64,000 nucleotides of DNA from an uncultured Lachnospiraceae bacterium (GTDB lineage Bacteria; Bacillota; Clostridia; Lachnospirales; Lachnospiraceae): NCBI GenBank assembly GCA_900549665.1, contig URPH01000002.1, positions 29,947-93,946 on the forward strand. The letters are read 5' to 3'. The translations under genes were made by a program, and so were the position numbers. Positions 30,286-41,042 of the stretch are shown one piece after another; the stretch's first letter is position 1; each line of letters starts with the position of its first letter. The notes under the pieces are model-generated. The model did no database searches. It was not told the DNA's origin and saw only the letters and a list, made by a program, of their open reading frames with translations.

Positions 30286-32166
30286 TTAGAGCTCCGTTTC
30301 TTTTACACTTATAAATACAGCCATGGAGCGGGGCGGTAATATGACTGCCTCTTTGCGCTCTCCCTGTTTATCACACGGTATTCTGATCCTGTCATTTGCA
30401 CATGTAGCCATCACCGGCTTGAATTTCAGCCGGTCAGGGAGCTTTGGCAATGCAAATTCGTGCTCAATCCAATGTGTATTATATGTAATATAAATAAAAT
30501 CATCTCTGTTACCGGCCGGTGTCGTGGCAAAGCTTCCACAGTATAAAACACCGAAATGACGGTTGTAATTTTCGGTCCCGGCATACCATGCCTGCTCGCA
30601 ATGGTATGATACATCCGGATATCCTGCTGATAAATAATCACTCTGCGTCAATGCTTTTTCCATATGCAGGATCGGATGCTTTTTCCGGAATGCGATCAGC
30701 TTTTTGGTAAAATCCAGCAATTCACTGCCATAGGCAGTCTCTTTCCATTCAAGCCAGCTTACTGCATTGTCCTGACAATATGGATTATTGTTGCCGTATG
30801 CACTGTTGCCAAATTCATCTCCGGCAAGCAGCACCGGTGTCGCCTGTGCGCTGAAAAGTAACAACAGAGCATTTTTACTCTGCTGTTCACGCAGTGCTAT
30901 GATCTTCTTTTTTCGTGTCTTTCCCTCGGCACCGCAATTCCAGCTATAGTTGTAATCACTGCCATCGCGATTGTCTTCACCGTTTAATTCATTGTGTTTG
31001 CGGTCATATGAAACAGAATCGGCAAGTGTAAAGCCCTGATAGGACGAAATTTCATTGATCAGCGCATAATCCGACGGATTGTCCCTCAATCGCTGCATAA
31101 CCGGTCGGATCATATCCTCGTCACCCTTTAAATATCTGCGGACATCATATAAAAAGCCGCCGGATATCACAGCTACATGCTTACAGCTATCCTTATTGAC
31201 AGTCACATCACACTGCAGAGATTCAAAAATCAGCTTGGTATGCTTCAGATACGGATCCGTGATCAGAAGCTGTACCGGAAGATAGCAGCCCATCAGCTTA
31301 AAACCGTCTAAATGATACTCTCTTACCCAGTAGCGGCATACATCCAGTATAAACCACTGCGGAATCTCCGGAGGGAAATAAAAATCAGCCACCAGCTCCA
31401 GCTGCTCGGCATGCAATGCCTTCACAAGCTCTTTTAATTCCAGATCCGGTCTGTCACCATATGCATAAGCTCGTTTGGGTGCAAAATAATGTCCGTCTGT
31501 ATATCCCCAGTAATTAACCTTGGATTTCCACGCACCCTTTTTATCATCCAGATAAGGTACAAGCTTATCATCCAGTCCGGTATATAAGGGATTGTAGATA
31601 ACATCATTGAATTCAAAAATCGGCATGGTCTCGATTGTTGTCACGCCAAGAGCCTTGATATAGGCTATCTTTTCCTTTAATCCCCGAAAGGTCCCCTTTG
31701 CCATGACATTGCTTGATGCATGCCTGGTAAAGCCTCTCATATGCATTTTGTAAATAATGGCATCCTGAAATGGTATCTCCGGTGACACATCATTTTCCCA
31801 GTCAAATACATCTTCATGATGACAGCATCTTACCGTCTTCTGACCGGAAACCGCATCGCCAAATCTGTGTGAGGAAGCAATCAGGACAGCATTCCGGTCC
31901 GTGATCTTTTTTCCATCTGCATAATATAAATATTCAAAATCAGTATATGGAAAATCCGGCAGCAGAATACAATACAGACCATTTACCAGATATTCCGGTT
32001 TAAAGTCGATTTTGTATTCCTTTTTCCGGCCATCTGCGACCACATACAAAACAATTCCGCCATGTTCTTTTCCGACCGGTTCACTGACAATGGACAAACC
32101 GGCTGCAACTCTATGTATACCAAGAGGATATAATTCCCCTTTTATAATTTGTAATCTATATTCCAC
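30286..32166 (-). CDS. glgX: Glycogen debranching enzyme (GlgX/isoamylase-type GH13)
   Basis: N-terminal CBM48-like domain plus a GH13 catalytic core (GFKLMGC..., ...DEFGNSAYGNNNPYCQDN...). 626 aa. Confidence 0.8.
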   Translation of the reverse strand: MEYRLQIIKGELYPLGIHRVAAGLSIVSEPVGKEHGGIVLYVVADGRKKEYKIDFKPEYLVNGLYCILLPDFPYTDFEYLYYADGKKITDRNAVLIASSHRFGDAVSGQKTVRCCHHEDVFDWENDVSPEIPFQDAIIYKMHMRGFTRHASSNVMAKGTFRGLKEKIAYIKALGVTTIETMPIFEFNDVIYNPLYTGLDDKLVPYLDDKKGAWKSKVNYWGYTDGHYFAPKRAYAYGDRPDLELKELVKALHAEQLELVADFYFPPEIPQWFILDVCRYWVREYHLDGFKLMGCYLPVQLLITDPYLKHTKLIFESLQCDVTVNKDSCKHVAVISGGFLYDVRRYLKGDEDMIRPVMQRLRDNPSDYALINEISSYQGFTLADSVSYDRKHNELNGEDNRDGSDYNYSWNCGAEGKTRKKKIIALREQQSKNALLLLFSAQATPVLLAGDEFGNSAYGNNNPYCQDNAVSWLEWKETAYGSELLDFTKKLIAFRKKHPILHMEKALTQSDYLSAGYPDVSYHCEQAWYAGTENYNRHFGVLYCGSFATTPAGNRDDFIYITYNTHWIEHEFALPKLPDRLKFKPVMATCANDRIRIPCDKQGERKEAVILPPRSMAVFISVKETEL

Positions 32167-32382
32167 TCTTATTCTCCTGTAAATCAGATAAACTCCGTCA
32201 CAATCATGTCACACTATCCAGAATTCAGGTTTATTATAACACACATCCCTGAAATAAAAAAGAATTTGTCCACAACCGCCGTCTATACTTTCCGCAAAGT
32301 ATATGATACAATTTAGGATAGTAACAGGCATCCTGATGCCTTTCAACAAAAACACGGACACATACACACAGGAGGACACATT

Positions 32383-32700
32383 ATGGCTGATGAAAATACA
32401 TTTGAAGAAATTGACGGGGAAGAAATGACCGTCACACTGGAGCTGGACGATGGCGATGTAGACTGTGCCGTTGTTACCATTCTTACTGTTGATGAAAAGG
32501 ATTATATCGCTCTGATGCCCTTGGACGAAAATGGTGAAAATGAAGATGGTGAGGTCTGGTTTTACGGTTATAAAGAAAACAAGGATGATCCCAATGAAGA
32601 GCCGGAGCTGATCTACATTGAAGATGATGCAGAATATGAAAAGGTGGAAGAAGCCTTTGATGAGTATCTGGATAATTGCGAATTTGACGAATTAATTTAA
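32383..32700 (+). CDS. DUF1292 family protein
   Basis: Acidic 105-aa protein matching the DUF1292 pattern (...DGEEMTVTLELDDGDVDCAVVTILTVDEKDYIALMP...). An AGGAGG RBS is present. Confidence 0.75.
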   Translation: MADENTFEEIDGEEMTVTLELDDGDVDCAVVTILTVDEKDYIALMPLDENGENEDGEVWFYGYKENKDDPNEEPELIYIEDDAEYEKVEEAFDEYLDNCEFDELI

Positions 32701-32742
32701 TGAAACATGAATCCGTTATGGCGGTGATAAGCTTTTTTCTTA

Positions 32743-34491
32743 TCACCGCTTTTTCTCTGTATTCTTTAACTCCTCCAAAAACGGAGATACCGTCTGACTC
32801 TTATCATGTAAAAGCCACAGGCTCTCCTTTGCCCTTGTCAATGCCACATAAAACATCCGCCGCTCCTCTTCCAGTTCCTGTAATGTCAGCATTCTTCCAT
32901 GCGGAACCTTTCCGTATTCCAGATTTGGCAGATACACCCGGTCAAATTCCAGTCCCTTCGAGGCATGGTATGTCATAACCGTCACATGGCTGTTTTTCTG
33001 ATCCGTTTTCTGTTCTGCTTCATATTCCTTTTGCAAGGCAGAAGGATCATTGCATTTTTTTAACCGTTCAAGAAACAATTCAAATGCCTGATCCGTACCG
33101 GTTCCCGGACGTGTCTTTACACCGGATTTATAATAAGCTTCATATCCCATGGCCTTGTAAATATATCTGGCCTGACCAGCCATATCCAGTCCTTTGGCAA
33201 ACGCCACCTGCCTTTCCAGCTCCACCAGTCTTTCCACTACCCAGCTTTTCCCCATGGCACGCTTTTTCAACTTGGCAAAATCAATCACCGGTTCCGATAA
33301 AATCCCATAAGGGATATACCTCACCGGCTTATTCATGATCTTAATAAAATCCGATCTTTTATACCCTTCATTAAAAAAAGCAAGATATGAAAGCAGATCC
33401 AGTGCCAATATCGTATCTTCTCTTTGTCCCTGCCCGATATTCTGGTAGGCATATACCTGTCTGTTGGTGCGCAAAAGAACGGCCTGCGTCTTATCCGGAT
33501 ACTGATCATGATATTGAAAGACAGCCTCCCGAATCGTCATAAATTCCTCTTTTGCCGATTGACAAGGTATTACCTTCAGACTGTCCGTCCGGTCACTGAC
33601 AGCCTGTGGATGTTTTTCAAAACGGTCTTTATTATGGGCAATAAACCGCGATGAAAGTGCTACAATATCCCGGCTGCTTCTGTAATTATCGACCAGGCTG
33701 ACGGTCTTTGCATCAAAATCCCGGATAAATTGGTTCATCAGTGCCGGATCCGATCCCCGGAAGGAATAAATTGCCTGATCATCATCCCCTACTGCATAGA
33801 TATTGTGGTTTGCACCAAGCAGACAGATTGTTTCATACTGCAGGCGGTTAATATCCTGAAACTCATCGATCAGGATATGGGAAAACCGGTCCTGCCAGTA
33901 TGACCGGAGCTTCCAATCCGACTTTAGCTGCTGATAACAAAGCTTAATCATATCGTCAAAATCAAGCTTTCCGTTTTCCTGCAGCCATTCTTCATATAAA
34001 TGATAGATCTTCCGGTATTTTTCCGGCATTTTTTCATTTCGCTGCGACAAAGAATCCGGAAACAGATTTTTAAACCGGCTGATTTCCTGCATACAGCATT
34101 CCGCTTCCTGTATCAGATCAACAGATGTATCATGGGAATTTTCATTTTTAATAAGATCTTTCAGCAGTAAGAAACGTTCCTTGTCGCCGGCAAGCTGATA
34201 GGCTTTATTGGGATTGGATAATTTCAGAATATGGTAAAAAACAGAATGAAAGGTACCAAAGATCACATAAGAACAGGCGGGATTGGCGCTTACCGCTCTT
34301 TTTTGCATTTCCAGAGCAGCTGCTTTTGTAAAGGTGATCACAAGAATTTGATTGGCCGGAACGTGGCATTCAGATATGAGATAGATCATGTGATGTGTGA
34401 TGACATATGTTTTTCCGGAGCCGGGCCCTGCTAAGACAAGCAGTGGCCCGGCCTTGGATTGTATTGCTTTTAATTGCTCTTTATTGGGCAT
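32743..34491 (-). CDS. UvrD/PcrA-family ATP-dependent DNA helicase (582 aa, compact form)
   Basis: Walker A motif [29 protein letters not shown] and VALTRAK are all present. The start overlaps the gltX stop by 11 nt. Confidence 0.85.
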   Translation of the reverse strand: MPNKEQLKAIQSKAGPLLVLAGPGSGKTYVITHHMIYLISECHVPANQILVITFTKAAALEMQKRAVSANPACSYVIFGTFHSVFYHILKLSNPNKAYQLAGDKERFLLLKDLIKNENSHDTSVDLIQEAECCMQEISRFKNLFPDSLSQRNEKMPEKYRKIYHLYEEWLQENGKLDFDDMIKLCYQQLKSDWKLRSYWQDRFSHILIDEFQDINRLQYETICLLGANHNIYAVGDDDQAIYSFRGSDPALMNQFIRDFDAKTVSLVDNYRSSRDIVALSSRFIAHNKDRFEKHPQAVSDRTDSLKVIPCQSAKEEFMTIREAVFQYHDQYPDKTQAVLLRTNRQVYAYQNIGQGQREDTILALDLLSYLAFFNEGYKRSDFIKIMNKPVRYIPYGILSEPVIDFAKLKKRAMGKSWVVERLVELERQVAFAKGLDMAGQARYIYKAMGYEAYYKSGVKTRPGTGTDQAFELFLERLKKCNDPSALQKEYEAEQKTDQKNSHVTVMTYHASKGLEFDRVYLPNLEYGKVPHGRMLTLQELEEERRMFYVALTRAKESLWLLHDKSQTVSPFLEELKNTEKKR

Positions 34492-35953
34492 TTTTTAACA
34501 GTTCGATACCCTTTTTGATACGGGCGATCGATTCGTCCTTCCCAATGATCTCCATAATCTCTGTTGCACCGGCAGGTGTCATCTGCTTGCCGGAAACAGC
34601 GGTACGGATCGGCCATAATACATAGCCGTTTTTGTATCCCTTGTCTGCGGTAAATGCAGAAATTGCCGCATAAATACTGTCATTGGTATAATCATCCAGG
34701 GCTTCCAGTGTCGGAAGAATCTCTTCTAATACCTGTAAAGATGTCTCCGTATTGGTCTTCATCTTTTTGTGGGTATACATGGCAATATCATATTCGGGCA
34801 ATTCCTCAAAGAAATCAATCAACGGAGGAATATCCGGGAAAATTTCGATTCTGGTCTTGACCATGGCTGCGATCTTTTTCAGATCCAGGTCTTTTTTGAT
34901 CGCCTGTCTGATATAAGGCAGTGCTCTTTCATAAAACTTATCAAAATCCATGGCCTTGATATATTCACCGTTCATCCATTTCAATTTACCGTAATCAAAT
35001 ACAGCCGGTGACTTGGACATATGATGATAGTCAAAGGCTTTGATCAGTTCATCCAACGACATGATCTCTTTGTTGTCTGTGGGACTCCATCCAAGCAATG
35101 CGACAAAATTGACAACAGCTTCGGAAACAAAGCCCTGCTCGATCAGATCTTCATAAGAAGAATGTCCGCATCGTTTGGATAATTTGTGATGCTCTTCATC
35201 GGTGATCAGAGGACAGTGTACATAAACAGGCACATCCCATCCGAAAGCCTCATATAAGAGGTTGTACTTGGGTGAGGATGATAGATACTCATTGCCTCTG
35301 ACAACGTGTGTAATGCCCATCAGATGATCATCTACCACGTTGGCAAAATTGTAAGTCGGAAATCCGTCTGACTTGATCAGAATCATATCATCAAGCTCAT
35401 CATTGTTGACGGTAATATCACCATAAATATCATCATGGAAGGTGGTTGTACCTTCGGTCGGAACATTTTGTCTGATAACATAGGGCTTGCCGGCTGCCAG
35501 ATTGGCCTCTACCTCTTCCCTGGATAATGACAGACAATGCTTGTCATAGACATTGATCTCTTTGGTTTCTCCATTTTCAAGCCGGATAACCTTGTGGCAC
35601 TCTTCCAGTCTTTCTTTATCACAGAAGCAATAATATGCTTTGCCTTTTTCGATCAGCTCTTTGGCATATTTTAAATACAGTCCCTGCGCCTGACGCTCAC
35701 TCTGTACATAAGGGCCATATCCTTTATCCTTGTCCGGTCCCTCATCATGCACCAGTCCGGTTGCAGCCAGAGTACGCTTGATAATATCAACAGCACCCTC
35801 AACTTCTCTTTCCTGATCTGTATCCTCAATACGTAAAATAAAATCTCCGCCCTCATGCTTGGTGATCAGATAAGCATACAGAGCCGTGCGTAAATTGCCT
35901 ACATGCATCCTTCCTGTCGGGCTTGGCGCAAAACGCGTTCTGATTTTTGTCAT
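34481..35953 (-). CDS. gltX: Glutamyl-tRNA synthetase
   Basis: Class-I synthetase HIGH-type motif ([11 protein letters not shown]) and KMSKS motif (KLSKR). Typical GltX length. Confidence 0.9.
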   Translation of the reverse strand: MTKIRTRFAPSPTGRMHVGNLRTALYAYLITKHEGGDFILRIEDTDQEREVEGAVDIIKRTLAATGLVHDEGPDKDKGYGPYVQSERQAQGLYLKYAKELIEKGKAYYCFCDKERLEECHKVIRLENGETKEINVYDKHCLSLSREEVEANLAAGKPYVIRQNVPTEGTTTFHDDIYGDITVNNDELDDMILIKSDGFPTYNFANVVDDHLMGITHVVRGNEYLSSSPKYNLLYEAFGWDVPVYVHCPLITDEEHHKLSKRCGHSSYEDLIEQGFVSEAVVNFVALLGWSPTDNKEIMSLDELIKAFDYHHMSKSPAVFDYGKLKWMNGEYIKAMDFDKFYERALPYIRQAIKKDLDLKKIAAMVKTRIEIFPDIPPLIDFFEELPEYDIAMYTHKKMKTNTETSLQVLEEILPTLEALDDYTNDSIYAAISAFTADKGYKNGYVLWPIRTAVSGKQMTPAGATEIMEIIGKDESIARIKKGIELLKNAQ

Positions 35954-37458
35954 TATTCTATTTCCTCCTGTTTCATATCATCCATAGACGGAAGCTTGTT
36001 AGCAGATTCAGCCTTAAAGGTATTAACAGCCTTGGTCGCCTGCGGAATGGCGATACAGGTACCTGCTCCGGCAACACAACCGCCGGGACATGCCATACCT
36101 TCGATCAGACAGCCATTCTTTTTACCTACCTTGGCAAGCATCAGCATCTTTTTACATTCGGCAAGACTTTCCGCATGCTCAATATTGACCTCGACATCCG
36201 GATAATATTCCCGGATAACGGCCTCGATTGCACTTGCCACACCACCGGCTACACCGTATCCACGACCGGCTCCGGTAGCGCGTTCATCAATCTCATCATC
36301 CTCAATCTCGGAAGGTACAATGCCCTTGGCTTCAAACATTCCACTCAGTTCTTCAAAGGTTATTACAAAATCCACATCAGAACGTACTGTCCGGCGGGAT
36401 GCCTCCAGCTTTTTGGAAGCACAGGGGCCGATAAATACGATCTTGGCATCCGGATGTTCTTTTTTGATCACTCTGGCAGTTGCCACCATCGGTGTCAGCT
36501 CATTGGAAATATTGCCAATGGTCTCCGGGAAAAACTTTTTCGCAAGCATTGACCATGATGGACAGCAGCTTGTCAATAAAAACGGAAGCTCTTTGGTCGC
36601 AACCTTTTCTACATAATGATGCGCCTCTGCCATGGCACCCATATCTGCACCGATCGCTGTTTCATAGATATCGGCAAAGCCTAAAAGCTTTAATGCCTTT
36701 TTCAATTTACCGGGAGTCACATTGGGACCGAACTGACCGACAAATGCGGGAGCCACCTGCGCAATGATCTGCGCTCCGCTCTGGATTGCACGAATCAGCT
36801 GGAATATCTGTGATTTGTCGGCAATAGCACCAAATGGACAGCTTACCATACACTGTCCGCAGGAAACGCACATTTCACTGTCAATACATGCACGCCCGTA
36901 AGCATCATTTTTGATGGCATTGACACCACAGGCTGCCGAACAGGGACGCACCTGATGGGAAATGGCATCATAAGGACACACAGCCTTGCATTTACCACAT
37001 TTGATACATTTTTCCGGATCAATGTGTGACTTGCCGTGGACCATAGTGATTGCGCCACGGGGGCATACCTCCCGGCACGGATGCGCGGTACATCCCATAC
37101 AACGGTCTGTCACGATATAAGCATTTTCCGGACATTTATTGCATGCAGACGGAATAACCTGCATAAGCGGCGGCTCATAATATTTTTCAGCAATATTACT
37201 TTCCTCTACACCCTCCGATATATGAACCGGTGCATTTTCCGGACGAAGCGACATTCCCATGGCAAGACGTACACGCTCTCTGACAATCGCACGGTTCCTG
37301 TAGACATCATCTGCACTGTCCGGATCAATATTATCAATAATTTTATAAGGCAATGCTTCCATATCATCTATCAGATTTTCTGAATCATATGCAAGCTTTG
37401 CAACCTCTTTAAATATTCTCCTTCGTGATTTGCGAACTTCAGTATCTATCCCTCTCAT
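35953..37458 (-). CDS. [FeFe]-hydrogenase family protein with N-terminal 4Fe-4S ferredoxin-like cluster domains
   Basis: H-cluster motifs L1 TSCCPSW, L2 GPCASKKLE and L3 [14 protein letters not shown], plus several CxxCxxCxxxCP ferredoxin motifs. The start is refined to MRGIDTEV (ATG at 37458, AGGAGG RBS). The stop overlaps the gltX start by 1 nt. Confidence 0.8.
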   Translation of the reverse strand: MRGIDTEVRKSRRRIFKEVAKLAYDSENLIDDMEALPYKIIDNIDPDSADDVYRNRAIVRERVRLAMGMSLRPENAPVHISEGVEESNIAEKYYEPPLMQVIPSACNKCPENAYIVTDRCMGCTAHPCREVCPRGAITMVHGKSHIDPEKCIKCGKCKAVCPYDAISHQVRPCSAACGVNAIKNDAYGRACIDSEMCVSCGQCMVSCPFGAIADKSQIFQLIRAIQSGAQIIAQVAPAFVGQFGPNVTPGKLKKALKLLGFADIYETAIGADMGAMAEAHHYVEKVATKELPFLLTSCCPSWSMLAKKFFPETIGNISNELTPMVATARVIKKEHPDAKIVFIGPCASKKLEASRRTVRSDVDFVITFEELSGMFEAKGIVPSEIEDDEIDERATGAGRGYGVAGGVASAIEAVIREYYPDVEVNIEHAESLAECKKMLMLAKVGKKNGCLIEGMACPGGCVAGAGTCIAIPQATKAVNTFKAESANKLPSMDDMKQEEIE

Positions 37459-37602
37459 CTGATACCTCCTATATTTGTTAATATTTTGACACAAACACAT
37501 CAGAAAATCAAGACAGGCAACAGAAAAACTGCCAGGCATACATTGCCCGGCAGTCATACTTTTGTTGTTTTAAATCATGAATACTGTCAAAAGCCTCTTT
37601 TA

Positions 37603-38292
37603 TTAGAAAATACTAACAAGCTTTTTCTTTTCTTCGATGTATTCCTCTTCACTCAGAATACCATTGTCTCTCAATACTTTTAACTTTTTGATCTTGGTCT
37701 CGAACTCTGACAGATCTTCTGCCATACCTGACAATGCAACAGTAGATACATCTTCATCACGTGCTGCCGGTGTCGGAATTGCTGCCGGAGCCGGTGCCAC
37801 TGTCGGTGTCGGTGCTGAAGGTGCGGGGGCTGCAACAGGTGCTGAACCACCACCAACCGGTGCAAGACCTTTCTGCTGACGAATACGATCCGTCAGGGTC
37901 TCTGCTTTCGTCTTGGCATCCTTAATTGCTGCCGCAAATCCGGCCATATCATCCAGAGCGGGCAGATACAGATATCTCACAAATTTGGTTGCGGGATTCT
38001 CGATTGTTACCATCATTGCCTTTTTACCGGAATATGTAGTCTCATCAACAGATTTAACATTTAACAGATAATGAGATACATTGTCCACTCTTGTATTTAA
38101 TCCCTTCGGATTATCAGACATAGGCAATCTTCCGCTGATTCGGAGATTTGATACAGCAACTCTTAAATCTTCGGACTTGCCAATGAAACCTGCTTTAAAA
38201 GACCATTCTTTCTGAAATATGATTTTTTCAAGTCGAATACACTGGTTGCATACTTCGCCAGCTGATTCACCACCACAGATTAAACATTTCAT
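37603..38292 (-). CDS. Hypothetical protein with N-terminal Zn-ribbon (CxxC...CxxC), a Pro/Ala-rich linker and a C-terminal SHOCT domain
   Basis: MKCLICGGESAGEVCNQC at the N-terminus. C-terminal LKKLKVLRDNGILSEEEYIEEKKKL matches the SHOCT pattern. Confidence 0.6.
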   Translation of the reverse strand: MKCLICGGESAGEVCNQCIRLEKIIFQKEWSFKAGFIGKSEDLRVAVSNLRISGRLPMSDNPKGLNTRVDNVSHYLLNVKSVDETTYSGKKAMMVTIENPATKFVRYLYLPALDDMAGFAAAIKDAKTKAETLTDRIRQQKGLAPVGGGSAPVAAPAPSAPTPTVAPAPAAIPTPAARDEDVSTVALSGMAEDLSEFETKIKKLKVLRDNGILSEEEYIEEKKKLVSIF

Positions 38293-38509
38293 ACGTTTTC
38301 ACTCCCTATATCTAATATTTTAATTCTCTAAAATAAATCTCTTTTTATGGATTTATATACTACTTTTATTATAAGCATGGAATAAAAATTTGTAAACAGC
38401 AAACTTAGATTATTATACAGATTATTTTAAAATATATCTGACAAATCTGCTTTATTGTATTAATTGTATCACATTTTCTAACTTTTAGGCAAGAACCTGC
38501 AAATTCTTT

Positions 38510-38521
38510 TTGCATACAATA
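38510..38521 (+). promoter_or_regulatory. Candidate sporulation-sigma (sigmaE/sigmaK-type) -10 element upstream of cotJA
   Basis: GCATACAATA matches the CATACA-T / CATA---TA -10 consensus of mother-cell sigma factors. It lies about 28 nt upstream of the cotJA ATG. No convincing -35 element was identified. Confidence 0.3.
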
Positions 38522-38548
38522 CCAATAAAGCAAAAAGGAAGCACAAAA

Positions 38549-38716
38549 ATGAAAGATTCTGATTTTTTAAAAACAAAAACAGATTTTCCGGTCGGCATGG
38601 CCTATGTTCCCTGGCAGAAAATGGAACATATTTATGAAAATCTGGATGAAGCCTTTTCCATCGGCACCATTTTCCCGGAATTAAATAAGCCCTTTGAGGG
38701 GAGGCGTCTGAAATGA
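38549..38716 (+). CDS. cotJA: Spore coat-associated protein CotJA
   Basis: MKDSDFLKTKTDFPVGMAYVPWQKMEHIYENLDEAFSIGTIFPELNKPF matches the CotJA family. AAAGGAAG RBS. Confidence 0.7.
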   Translation: MKDSDFLKTKTDFPVGMAYVPWQKMEHIYENLDEAFSIGTIFPELNKPFEGRRLK

Positions 38717-39006
38717 TGTATGCCAATTCTGTTTCATTCTCCAACAAAGGAAAGCAACAACAGCTGTTAAAAGAAATTTCCATGGTGGATTTTGCCATCG
38801 TGGAATTAACAGAATATCTCGACACACATCCTGACGATGAAGACGCTGTCTCTTATGTCAAACAATATATAGCCATTTTACGCAAGCTGAAAGAAGAATA
38901 CGCTTCTTTATACGGTCCCTTAACGCTCTACGATTCAACTTATTCCAAAAACACAGACTGGGTATGGGCGAAAATGCCGTTACCTTGGGAAGGAGGTGCC
39001 AAATAA
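38713..39006 (+). CDS. cotJB: Spore coat protein CotJB
   Basis: ...FAIVELTEYLDTHPDDEDAVSYVKQY...YGPLT is the CotJB signature. The start overlaps the cotJA stop (ATGA). Confidence 0.8.
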   Translation: MMYANSVSFSNKGKQQQLLKEISMVDFAIVELTEYLDTHPDDEDAVSYVKQYIAILRKLKEEYASLYGPLTLYDSTYSKNTDWVWAKMPLPWEGGAK

Positions 39007-39615
39007 ATGTGGAATTATGAAAAAAGACTGCAGTTTCCCATCAATATAACAACGCCCAATGCGGAAATTGCCAAGATCATCATCTCCCAGTACGGTGGAC
39101 CCGATGGCGAGCTGGGTGCATCCATGCGCTATTTATCCCAGCGCTATACCATCCCTTATAAAGAGATCGCCGGACTGCTTACCGATATCGGTACAGAGGA
39201 GCTGGCGCATTTTGAAATGATCGGCGCCATTGTCTATCAGCTGACCAAGAACCTGAGCATGGAGGATATTGAAAAACAGGGGTTTGCTCCCTACTATGTG
39301 GATCACACTCTGGCTCTCTGGCCGCAGGCTGCCGGTGGCATTCCGTTTAATGCCTGCGAATTTCAGTCAAAGGGTGATATCATTACAGACCTTACCGAGG
39401 ATCTTGCGGCAGAACAGAAAGCCCGCACAACCTATGACAACATCCTGCGCCTGGTAAAGGATCCTGAGGTCTGTGCACCGATCCGCTTCTTACGGGAAAG
39501 AGAAATTGTCCACTTCCAGCGTTTCGGTGAAGCTTTGCGAAAAGTACAGGAGGATCTGGATCCCGTCAACTTCTACCTGTACAATCCGGAATTTGATAAA
39601 AAGCCCGGAAAATAG
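39007..39615 (+). CDS. cotJC: Spore coat protein CotJC (manganese-catalase/ferritin-like family)
   Basis: MWNYEKRLQFPINITTPNAEIAKIIISQYGGPDGELGASMRYLSQRY...DIGTEELAHFEMI matches CotJC. It is the third gene of the canonical cotJABC operon. Confidence 0.85.
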   Translation: MWNYEKRLQFPINITTPNAEIAKIIISQYGGPDGELGASMRYLSQRYTIPYKEIAGLLTDIGTEELAHFEMIGAIVYQLTKNLSMEDIEKQGFAPYYVDHTLALWPQAAGGIPFNACEFQSKGDIITDLTEDLAAEQKARTTYDNILRLVKDPEVCAPIRFLREREIVHFQRFGEALRKVQEDLDPVNFYLYNPEFDKKPGK

Positions 39616-39652
39616 GTCATTTCCGTGAAATTCACACAGTTTATACAGAATA

Positions 39653-39698
39653 AAAACGAGGAAACAAAGGTTTATTCCTGCGTTTCCCCGTTTTATTT
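39653..39698. terminator. Bidirectional terminator between cotJC and the convergent hypothetical gene
   Basis: Stem aaaacgaggaaac/gtttccccgtttt (one mismatch), flanked by A and T tracts. Confidence 0.45.
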
Positions 39699-40054
39699 CA
39701 GATCTCAATCAGCTCAAGCTCCGGAAGCTCATATTCCTTTTTGACCTTGACCGTCTCTGCCGGATAAGATATCTCTTCTAAAATATCAATATTAGAAATC
39801 CATGACATCATACCCTTATTTTTCAAAAGATACTGTACCTTTCCGTAATAAATTGTATTGGGGAAATTGTTTTTCCCCCTGCGGTTATTACGGCTTCTTC
39901 TGCTCTGATTTTCTGCATGCTGGACAGCGGCGGCATACAATTTGCGCTGCTGCGTGGCATAATCAGATGAACTGACTACAGCAAGACTGTTTTTGGATAT
40001 GATATAGACCGTATGATCTGCACTCTTTTTGTTAATGTAATCTAAAACCTTCAC
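39698..40054 (-). CDS. Hypothetical protein (118 aa) with an Arg/Asn-rich central segment
   Basis: Intact ORF immediately downstream of ssrA. No recognisable family. Confidence 0.4.
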   Translation of the reverse strand: MKVLDYINKKSADHTVYIISKNSLAVVSSSDYATQQRKLYAAAVQHAENQSRRSRNNRRGKNNFPNTIYYGKVQYLLKNKGMMSWISNIDILEEISYPAETVKVKKEYELPELELIEI

Positions 40055-40084
40055 GCTGCATTCTCCTCATTTGTATCATTTAAA

Positions 40085-40432
40085 GTGGACCAGACGGGAG
40101 TCGAACCCGTGTCCAAAAGCCTATTCCCTGTCCTTCTACTATCATAGTCTGTTATTTGACATTCCCTCCGTCAAACGGGAACAAACACCCTTTTGATTTT
40201 GGTAGCTTCATGATACGCCCACAGCCTCAAAGCTTTGACTGAGTCGTTTCCTACATAGTCGATGCCCGGGTCTTAAAGTGTAGGTGCCCTAAGTCGGACA
40301 GCTGCCAATTAGGCAGCGTATGCTAAATTTTCTTCAGCGTTTATATTTATTTTTGCCATTTGACGCATTGCATGCGGATAGCTTCTCCAGCTGCAAAACC
40401 CCTGTCGAAACCTTTACTGGCCCGTTTGGTGA
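40085..40432 (-). ncRNA. ssrA: tmRNA (SsrA), ~348 nt
   Basis: The 3' end GGGTTCGACTCCCGTCTGGTCCAC has a tRNA-like T-arm and acceptor. The 5' end GGGCCAGTAAAGGTTTCGACAGGGG pairs with the 3' end and includes the G3.U70 alanine identity wobble. An internal tag reading frame reads ...GCTGAAGAAAATTTAGCATACGCTGCCTAA (..AEENLAYAA*). It lies directly downstream of smpB. Confidence 0.85.
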
Positions 40433-40457
40433 GTTGTACACAACCTTGCGTTTTTAA

Positions 40458-40486
40458 AATATAACGTAATTTGGATGACAAGTCAA
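40458..40486 (-). promoter_or_regulatory. Putative sigmaA promoter of ssrA (TTGACT -N17- TATATT)
   Basis: Minus-strand TTGACT (40481-40486) and TATATT (40458-40463) with a 17-nt spacer. The mature 5' end lies ~25 nt further, consistent with RNase P processing of a precursor. Confidence 0.45.
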
Positions 40487-40577
40487 CCGGTTTGTCTGCT
40501 AAAAGCAATAAGTTTATAATTATTTTATCATGTAAATAAAATATTGCAACGAAAGCAGCAAAATCTGTTGCACATCT

Positions 40578-41042
40578 TTACAGATTGCGGATCTTAAACT
40601 CCCTCTCCGTCTCTCTTCTTAAGTCTTTTTTGGCAATATCCTCTCTCTTATCGTAGAGCTTTTTACCTCTGGCAAGGCCGATCTCCACCTTTGCCTTTCC
40701 ATCCTTGAAATAGACCTGCAACGGCACGATGGTATAGCCTTTTTCACTCATTTTTCCATCCAGCTTGCGGATCTCTTCCTTATGGAGCAGGAGCTTTTTA
40801 ATACGCAGCGGATCCTTATTGAATATATTTCCCTTTTCATAGGGGCTGATATTCATTCCATAAATAAATGCTTCTCCGTTTTCAATCCTTACAAAGCCCT
40901 CTTTGATGCTGCACTTTCCCATACGCAGGGACTTTACCTCTGTGCCGTGCAGCTCAATTCCGGCCTCATATTTATCATCAATAAAAAAATCATGGTATGC
41001 CTTTTTATTATTAGCTACCAGTTTCATTGTTTCTCTTGCCAT
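40578..41042 (-). CDS. smpB: SsrA-binding protein SmpB
   Basis: 154 aa with the SmpB signature (...[13 protein letters not shown]...NISPYE...[10 protein letters not shown]...). Confidence 0.9.
   Translation of the reverse strand: MARETMKLVANNKKAYHDFFIDDKYEAGIELHGTEVKSLRMGKCSIKEGFVRIENGEAFIYGMNISPYEKGNIFNKDPLRIKKLLLHKEEIRKLDGKMSEKGYTIVPLQVYFKDGKAKVEIGLARGKKLYDKREDIAKKDLRRETEREFKIRNL

Noticed and set aside
39007-39615. Annotating CotJC as a free manganese catalase
   Set aside because: Although it belongs to the Mn-catalase/ferritin-like fold, its position as the third gene of a cotJA–cotJB–cotJC operon identifies it as the spore-coat protein CotJC.
39698-40440. ssrA (tmRNA) as an attachment site for a genomic island or prophage
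   Set aside because: Downstream of ssrA there is only a single 118-aa hypothetical and then the cotJ operon. There is no integrase or repeated ssrA 3' fragment, so there is no evidence of an island.
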